A stretch of 64,000 nt of DNA from NCBI GenBank assembly GCA_964500835.1, contig CAZCQL010000003.1, positions 41,534 through 105,533 on the forward strand, written 5' to 3'. Made by a program: the position numbers and the translations under genes. The DNA is from an uncultured Bacteroides sp. (GTDB taxonomy: Bacteria; Bacteroidota; Bacteroidia; Bacteroidales; GCA-2748055). Shown one piece after another: positions 58,331 to 64,000 of this stretch (within the stretch, counting starts at the first letter, position 1; every line of letters starts with the position of its first letter). Under the pieces are notes generated by a model that ran no database searches, was not told where the DNA came from, and saw nothing but the letters and a program-made list of their open reading frames with translations.

Positions 58331-59041
58331 ATGTGTTTTAATAGAAGGTCCCTTATACCAGTGTGCATTGTACTGGTTGCATTTTTCACAGCTTGCCATC
58401 CTGTTGCCAGATACATCAGTGATGAAAGTGTGCTTCGCTGGGAACCCGATATTCTGAAATTCGATTCCCTGAATTCTGTTGAATTCTCAGATGCCAGTAC
58501 GATTCTTGTTACGGGGAGTTCCAGTGTGCGGCTCTGGGACAGTATCCACCATGACCTGGAAGGCTACCAGGTGATGCAGAGGGGATATGGAGGGGCCAAA
58601 CTATCGGATTTCAACCACTACGCAGATCGAATTATCAATCCCCAGACATTCAAAGCCATCGTTATTTTTGTTGCGAACGACATCTCGGGAGGAGAAAATG
58701 ACCGGACTCCCAGGGAAGTACTGCAGCTTTTTAAATCCCTTGTAAATCAGATAAGGGAGCGCAATAGAGATACCCCGGTTTTTTGGATCGAGACAACCCC
58801 CACGCCCAGCCGCTGGCATGCCATCAATGAAATCAGGATGGCCAACTCGCTCATCAAGGATTATTGCGAAAAAAACGACGATCTCAATTTCATACCGACC
58901 TATGATGTATACATTACTCAGAGTGGACTGCCAGATTCAACTCTTTTTCGCAAGGATATGCTCCACTTAAACAGGGCCGGGTATTTGTTATGGGCAGAGC
59001 GGATTACGGCAACTCTTGAGAGCCACAAAATAATGCCCTGA
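58331..59041 (+). CDS. SGNH/GDSL-family esterase lipoprotein
   Basis: Lipobox FFTAC. Carries VTGSSSVRLW (block I Ser), GYGGAK, FVANDI and DMLHLN (block V His). Confidence 0.8.
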   Translation: MCFNRRSLIPVCIVLVAFFTACHPVARYISDESVLRWEPDILKFDSLNSVEFSDASTILVTGSSSVRLWDSIHHDLEGYQVMQRGYGGAKLSDFNHYADRIINPQTFKAIVIFVANDISGGENDRTPREVLQLFKSLVNQIRERNRDTPVFWIETTPTPSRWHAINEIRMANSLIKDYCEKNDDLNFIPTYDVYITQSGLPDSTLFRKDMLHLNRAGYLLWAERITATLESHKIMP

Positions 59042-59044
59042 GTG

Positions 59045-60169
59045 ATGGCCGGTTCACGTACACTGCTTACATACCATGATCTCAAAGTTGAGGTGGAAAC
59101 AACACCTGGTGAGGAGTTGGTAAATCACATGCACAGTACCATCATGGGCCAGCCAGGCGGATTGCGATACCGTCATACTAATCTTGAGAACCGAATCTAT
59201 TCTCCGGGTGAAAACTACTTCATCTATTTGCGAAAAAATGAAAAGATGCTGGGGTCAGTCGGATTTTGCGGGAAGGCCGCCGAGACTAATGGCTTTACAC
59301 ATGATGCCTGGCTTATTCGGTATTTTTCCATCAAGGCTCCAATGAAAAGGGATCCAAAAAACAGAAAAGAGGCATCAGGGCCGAAAGAAATGAAAAGATC
59401 GTCTGTATTGCGACGACTGATTCGGCCTGTATTTGAGAATCCTTCGCAGCTGAGGGGAGACGCGAAGAAGTCAGAGCCTGCCATTATCTATGGCATAATT
59501 GAACAGAAAAACCTTCGGTCCATGAACTTCAGCGATCAGATGGGGTTTGAAACTATTGGAACGCTGGCCAGTTTTACCTTTAGCAGAATGCAACCGCGAA
59601 AATCCGGCCGGATGGAACATTTACCAGGCAATGAACAGGATTCTATGCTGAAACTACTCAAAGGGTTTTACAGCAACTATACACTTTTTTCCCCCAATCC
59701 TTTGTTCAAGGAAAATGACTATTATGTAATCAGGGAATCGGGCAGGGTTGTAGCCGGTATACAGATTTATCATCTTACCTGGAGAATTGTGGATTTTGGA
59801 AGCAAGCTGACCAACCGGATAGTCAGCTTTCTGGCTTGGGTCCCCTGGGTGAAAAAGCGAATCAATCCGGACGAGGTCCGATTACTGGCATTGGATGGGA
59901 TCTATTTTGAAAAGGGACATGAATCTGACTTATATGAATTAATGGAAGGAGTCCTGGAAAAAACCGGTACTTATGTATCTATGGTTATGGTGGACAAAGT
60001 ATCGGAGTTGTACGGACTCTTCAAGTCAAAACAAAAATTAGGGATCCTGCACAAAATTCTGGGGACCTTTTTTGCTGATATCAGGGTACGTTTCATTCAT
60101 ATTCCAAGTGAAATCCGGCAATATTTTATCGATCATCCCACCTATATTCCAACCTACGATAATTCCTGA
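59045..60169 (+). CDS. Hypothetical 374-aa protein, no recognisable motifs
   Basis: The ORF starts 3 nt after the SGNH stop (TGA GTG ATG) and ends 6 nt before the GNAT gene. It has a basic low-complexity loop (KRDPKNRKEASGPKEMKR). Confidence 0.6.
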   Translation: MAGSRTLLTYHDLKVEVETTPGEELVNHMHSTIMGQPGGLRYRHTNLENRIYSPGENYFIYLRKNEKMLGSVGFCGKAAETNGFTHDAWLIRYFSIKAPMKRDPKNRKEASGPKEMKRSSVLRRLIRPVFENPSQLRGDAKKSEPAIIYGIIEQKNLRSMNFSDQMGFETIGTLASFTFSRMQPRKSGRMEHLPGNEQDSMLKLLKGFYSNYTLFSPNPLFKENDYYVIRESGRVVAGIQIYHLTWRIVDFGSKLTNRIVSFLAWVPWVKKRINPDEVRLLALDGIYFEKGHESDLYELMEGVLEKTGTYVSMVMVDKVSELYGLFKSKQKLGILHKILGTFFADIRVRFIHIPSEIRQYFIDHPTYIPTYDNS

Positions 60170-60175
60170 AAAAAC

Positions 60176-60679
60176 ATGAGCATACCTACAAAAGTTGAAG
60201 GCTTCAGCCTTCGTCAGGCCCGCGAAGCTGATACCGGCCTTGTCCTTGAATTTATTAATCGGCTGGCTGAATATGAGAAACTATCCCATGAAGTTGTAGC
60301 CACCAGGGAAACCCTGAAAAAATATCTTTTCGGTGAAAAGAAAGTAGCTGAGGTAGTCCTCGGTTATTATAAGGAGAAACCAGTTGGTTTTGCCCTCTAT
60401 TTTTTCAATTTCTCCACCTTCCTGGCCAAACCTGGCATCTATCTGGAAGATTTGTTTGTACTGGACGAATACCGGGGAATGGGTTTTGGAAAGGTACTCC
60501 TCACGTACCTGGCAAAACTAGCCCGCGATAAAGAATGCGGCAGGGTTGAATGGGCAGTTCTGGATTGGAATAAGCCCTCCATCGATTTTTACAAGACTCT
60601 GGGAGCCATACCTATGACGGAATGGATCGTCAATCGACTTACCGGGGAGGCTCTTCATGAGCTGGCGGACCAGTTTTGA
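60176..60679 (+). CDS. GNAT-family N-acetyltransferase (diamine/SSAT-like)
   Basis: 167 aa with the acetyl-CoA motif LFVLDEYRGMGFGKVLL and FYKTLGA. Confidence 0.9.
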   Translation: MSIPTKVEGFSLRQAREADTGLVLEFINRLAEYEKLSHEVVATRETLKKYLFGEKKVAEVVLGYYKEKPVGFALYFFNFSTFLAKPGIYLEDLFVLDEYRGMGFGKVLLTYLAKLARDKECGRVEWAVLDWNKPSIDFYKTLGAIPMTEWIVNRLTGEALHELADQF

Positions 60680-60748
60680 TTTTCCGCAAATTGTCTAATG
60701 CGGGCCTGTCACTCCTGTTCTCTTTTCTAACCAATAATACTCAATTCA

Positions 60749-62185
60749 ATGTCTTTTATATCGTTCAATTCAAATTCACTTAAGTCGCTAGTTCGTGCTT
60801 TCTTTCAGGATTTGCGTGAGGCCATAGGTGGCTCAGAGAGGGATTTTACACAAATTCCATTAAGCAAGGCCATCATCTTACTGAGTATCCCCATGGTGCT
60901 GGAGATGATTATGGAATCCGTTTTCGCCTTGGTGGATATCTTCTTTGTCTCCCGGCTTGGGGCCGAGGCTGTTGCCACGGTAGGGATCACCGAATCACTT
61001 ATGACCATCATTTATACCGTTGGCATAGGATTAAGTGTTGGGACCACCGCGCTTGTTTCCAGGCGGATCGGGGAAAAGCGTCCGGAGGAGGCTTCGGTAG
61101 CTGCCGTACAGGCAATATTTACAGGGCTCATGGCATCCCTTTTATTCTCATTCACAGGTATTTTCTTTGCAAAAGACCTCCTCAGACTGATGGGAGCTTC
61201 CCAATCAACCATCGATATGGGGTATATGTATCCCACCATAATGCTTGGTGGAAACGTGGTGATCATGCTTCTGTTTATTATCAATGCGGTTTTCAGGAGC
61301 AGTGGGGATGCGGCTATCTCTATGAGGGTACTCTGGTTTGCCAATATCCTGAATATGATCATGGATCCATTGCTCATCTTTGGTATTGGGCCATTTCCCG
61401 AACTGGGAGTCAAAGGAGCTGCGGTGGCAACCAATATTGGAAGGGGTGTGGCAGTGCTCTACCAGCTCTACCTGTTAGGAAAAGGAAATCACAGGGTGAA
61501 GATTAGCGCCCGACAAATTGTCATCAGGATTCATGAAGTCGTAAAACTGGTGAAGCTCTCCCTGGGCGCCATTGGTCAGTATTTCATAGCCACCTCGTCC
61601 TGGATCTTCCTGGTATGGGTCGTGACAAGCCTTGGTGAAGAAGTAGTAGCAGGATATACGGTAGCTATAAGAATCTTAATGTTTGTTATCCTTCCTTCAT
61701 GGGGAATGGCCAATGCTGCTGCCACTCTGGTTGGACAGAACCTGGGGGCTGACAAACCCGACAGGGCAGAACGGGCTGCCTGGGTGGTTGGAATTGCAAA
61801 TATGATATTTCTGGGTATTGTTTCGAGCATTTTTATTGCCATTCCGGATTCATTTATAGGATTCTTCATCAACGGTGCGGAAGAACCCATAGTTTTGCAG
61901 AGCGGGGTGACCTGTTTGCGGATCGTCAGTTTCGGATTTCTTGTCTATGCCATGGGCATGGTAATGATAAATTCAATTAACGGGGCCGGGGACACAGCGA
62001 CACCCGTTTGGATCAACTTTATCGCATTCTGGCTGTTGGAGATTCCCATTGCATATATATTAGCCATTGTACTGGACCTTAGAATAAACGGGGTTTGTTA
62101 TGCCGTCCTGATTGGGGAAACAGCTCTCACGCTCATTGCAGTATCCATATTCAAGCGCGGAAAATGGAAACTGAAGAAAATATAA
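60749..62185 (+). CDS. MATE-family efflux transporter
   Basis: 478 aa and 12 TM helices, with LSIPMVLEMIMESVFALVDIFFVSRLG and the duplicated MATE architecture. Confidence 0.9.
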   Translation: MSFISFNSNSLKSLVRAFFQDLREAIGGSERDFTQIPLSKAIILLSIPMVLEMIMESVFALVDIFFVSRLGAEAVATVGITESLMTIIYTVGIGLSVGTTALVSRRIGEKRPEEASVAAVQAIFTGLMASLLFSFTGIFFAKDLLRLMGASQSTIDMGYMYPTIMLGGNVVIMLLFIINAVFRSSGDAAISMRVLWFANILNMIMDPLLIFGIGPFPELGVKGAAVATNIGRGVAVLYQLYLLGKGNHRVKISARQIVIRIHEVVKLVKLSLGAIGQYFIATSSWIFLVWVVTSLGEEVVAGYTVAIRILMFVILPSWGMANAAATLVGQNLGADKPDRAERAAWVVGIANMIFLGIVSSIFIAIPDSFIGFFINGAEEPIVLQSGVTCLRIVSFGFLVYAMGMVMINSINGAGDTATPVWINFIAFWLLEIPIAYILAIVLDLRINGVCYAVLIGETALTLIAVSIFKRGKWKLKKI

Positions 62186-62204
62186 TTTGTCCACGAGTTC
62201 GCGC

Positions 62205-64000
62205 CTACTTGCTATCAATCCTGAAATAGTCAAAACTGGCTCTAAATACCGGATCGACTCCTGTGTTCGGTATGGAAAAAATACCTGGAGGAGGACTTTC
62301 TCCTTTCACAGCTAACAATCCGGCATTGACGTAACTTAAAACCACATCTGCCATCCCCAACTCTGTAAAATCTATTCCATCTGATGAATAGGATGCAGTA
62401 TACCAACTTCCTTCCTTTTCCAGCCGAAGTATAAAGGTATCACTATCTCCTGTCAATTCGGAAGCAGGGATACGTGCAATGGTACTTGCAGAACCGTCAA
62501 TTTCCGTAATTAATTCCAACCTGGGAATTTGTGTCAATCCCAAAAATCCACCGCTCGAATAGGTAGCTACTAATTTCACAAAATTGTCATCATCGGCAAA
62601 GGCGACTAGACCTGCTTGTTCACCCAATTTGGCAGGTGATCGGGAGAATATAATCTTTGCATCAATGGTCCAATCTGAATTGGCGCTCTGATAGAGCAGG
62701 TTTTTTGCATTGTTGCTTTCACCCTCCAGATCTCCTGATTCGGCAGTGATAGTAATAACTCCTGTATCTGAATCCAAAGAGATCGAATCTGGTTCATGCC
62801 TTTTCCATTTCCAAAAATCACCCTGAGTGCCGCTCTTGAATTCATCACTTTTAGCTTCATATCCGAAGTAAAGCCCATATACCCCGGTTTCTCCCGTTCT
62901 ACTATCTTTTAAGTGAATGAGAGCAGTGCCGGGAATACGCTGTGCCTGTGTAATAGAAATACCTGTATTTTCATCCACCGGTTCAGCGGTTACTATAGGG
63001 ACGGTGGTTTGATCAGTTGAATATAGGAAACTATACCCATGCTGGTCGGGCGAATAGTCACCCACAGGTGATTTATCAAGCGCCATTCCTTTAAGAGTCA
63101 GATCAGGCATCACTTTGACAGGATAGGTATCAGAAATTGTAACACCACCAATTGTAACACTTGCTTCAATTAATGCCACGCCTGAGCCAACAGCTAAAAC
63201 CAAACCTTCGTCATTCACCCTGGCAACATCTGACCTGTTGCTGTGATAAGTGACGTGGGCGTTTTCAATATCATAAAAACTATCATCTGTCAGGGCAGCA
63301 GTTACTTTTGTTTGTATACGTTCTCCCGGTTCAAGAATTACCTTGCTGCTCTCTGCTATGACGGTTCTCAAAACTGGTTTGAAATCACCACTCAATATAG
63401 CCGATACGGTCCCTTTAATTGCTCTGGAAGAAGCCCCGATTTCAAATAAATAATTGCCCTGGTCGAATGCTATTCTTCTGTTTTTTGAATCCCAGAACCA
63501 CAAATCCGCAATATCAATTTCTATGAAAACGGTTTTTGTGACACCCACGGGCAGAGTCACTCTTTTAAACCCCTTTAATCTTTTGATTGGCCTTTCAAGT
63601 TCAGGGAGGCTTTCAGGCGTGGCCACATATACCTGCACAATTTCATCCCCGTCCACATCTCCGGTATTCCGAACATCTACACTGATGGTTACTTTGTCAT
63701 TTGGAGTAATCCTTTCCTTATTGATCTTAAAATTGCTGTATTCAAAAGTAGTGTAAGACAATCCGTATCCGAATTCATAAGAAACAGGTCCATCATAATA
63801 CCAGTACGTACGTGCCTTGTTTTCTTTTTGTCCCCTTAAGCCATATTCGGTAATCGGCGCCAGGTCATCGGTTGATTTATACCAGGTAGAATGCAATTTT
63901 CCTCCGGGGTTTGTTTCACCAAATAATATATTTGCTATGGCTGTTCCCTGTGCCTGACCATTGTATCCATACCAGATAATCCCGGGTATTCTTTTCAAAT
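62205..64000 (-). CDS. GH3 beta-glucosidase/xylosidase, C-terminal part only (Fn3-like + Big_2 + ConA-like C-terminal domains); N-terminus beyond the window
   Basis: The frame is open to the window edge. Carries GQAQGTAIANILFGETNPGGKLHSTW, GYGLSYTTFEY and VQVYV (GH3 C-terminal/Fn3-like). A Big_2-like segment (VTYHSNRSDVARVNDEGLVLAVGSG) is followed by a LamG/ConA-like tail (AGLVAFADDDNFVKLV). Confidence 0.8.
   Translation of the reverse strand, partial: LKRIPGIIWYGYNGQAQGTAIANILFGETNPGGKLHSTWYKSTDDLAPITEYGLRGQKENKARTYWYYDGPVSYEFGYGLSYTTFEYSNFKINKERITPNDKVTISVDVRNTGDVDGDEIVQVYVATPESLPELERPIKRLKGFKRVTLPVGVTKTVFIEIDIADLWFWDSKNRRIAFDQGNYLFEIGASSRAIKGTVSAILSGDFKPVLRTVIAESSKVILEPGERIQTKVTAALTDDSFYDIENAHVTYHSNRSDVARVNDEGLVLAVGSGVALIEASVTIGGVTISDTYPVKVMPDLTLKGMALDKSPVGDYSPDQHGYSFLYSTDQTTVPIVTAEPVDENTGISITQAQRIPGTALIHLKDSRTGETGVYGLYFGYEAKSDEFKSGTQGDFWKWKRHEPDSISLDSDTGVITITAESGDLEGESNNAKNLLYQSANSDWTIDAKIIFSRSPAKLGEQAGLVAFADDDNFVKLVATYSSGGFLGLTQIPRLELITEIDGSASTIARIPASELTGDSDTFILRLEKEGSWYTASYSSDGIDFTELGMADVVLSYVNAGLLAVKGESPPPGIFSIPNTGVDPVFRASFDYFRIDSK

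Overview
This is a 64-kb chromosomal window from what looks like a Bacteroidota genome. The evidence for that is a T9SS C-terminal sorting domain, CarbopepD_reg/TonB-type outer-membrane barrels, DUF1080, a FISUMP fragment and TAnnTTTG-like -7 boxes. All calls come from reading the ORF translations and the DNA by eye; no database search was run.

Layout:
- 1-14.5 kb: housekeeping and envelope genes. These are an S8 peptidase (partial), dnaK, panB, rluA-like, cdd and a LysM muramidase, then a tightly coupled minus-strand chain lptF/G-GT4-GT2-ribBA-fmt.
- 14.7-31.2 kb: two sugar-porter MFS genes, a TetR-TolC-MFP-RND efflux operon, a TPR/TolB-like/OmpA/SPOR protein, a TonB-type barrel, DUF1080 and a dienelactone hydrolase.
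- 32.2-35.9 kb: a 1231-aa double-propeller/Y_Y_Y/SpoIIE (PP2C) sensor phosphatase.
- 35.9-42.4 kb: an AT-rich accessory patch. It holds a FISUMP gene fragment, a degenerate DDE (rve) IS with an in-frame amber codon, an orphan two-gene overlapping cassette flanked by direct repeats, an LRR protein with a T9SS CTD, and a jelly-roll/TPR protein. It also holds a tRNA-Met(CAU) whose 3' end is repeated twice inside ~110-nt conserved repeats, which looks like att scars.
- 43-64 kb: a Kef-type antiporter, two decayed gene remnants, a minus-strand operon (GH-like-MFS-rpiB-dhaK-dhaL), and a long plus-strand cluster ending against a partial GH3. The plus-strand cluster is TAT-AKR, an MmuM-like methyltransferase, GH95, a plug-domain protein, AKR, an SGNH esterase, an unknown 374-aa protein, GNAT and MATE.

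The most interesting items are the orphan two-gene cassette, the tRNA-linked repeat/island scar, and the split DhaKL + RpiB + unknown-GH operon. No CRISPR array, rRNA or recognisable riboswitch was seen.
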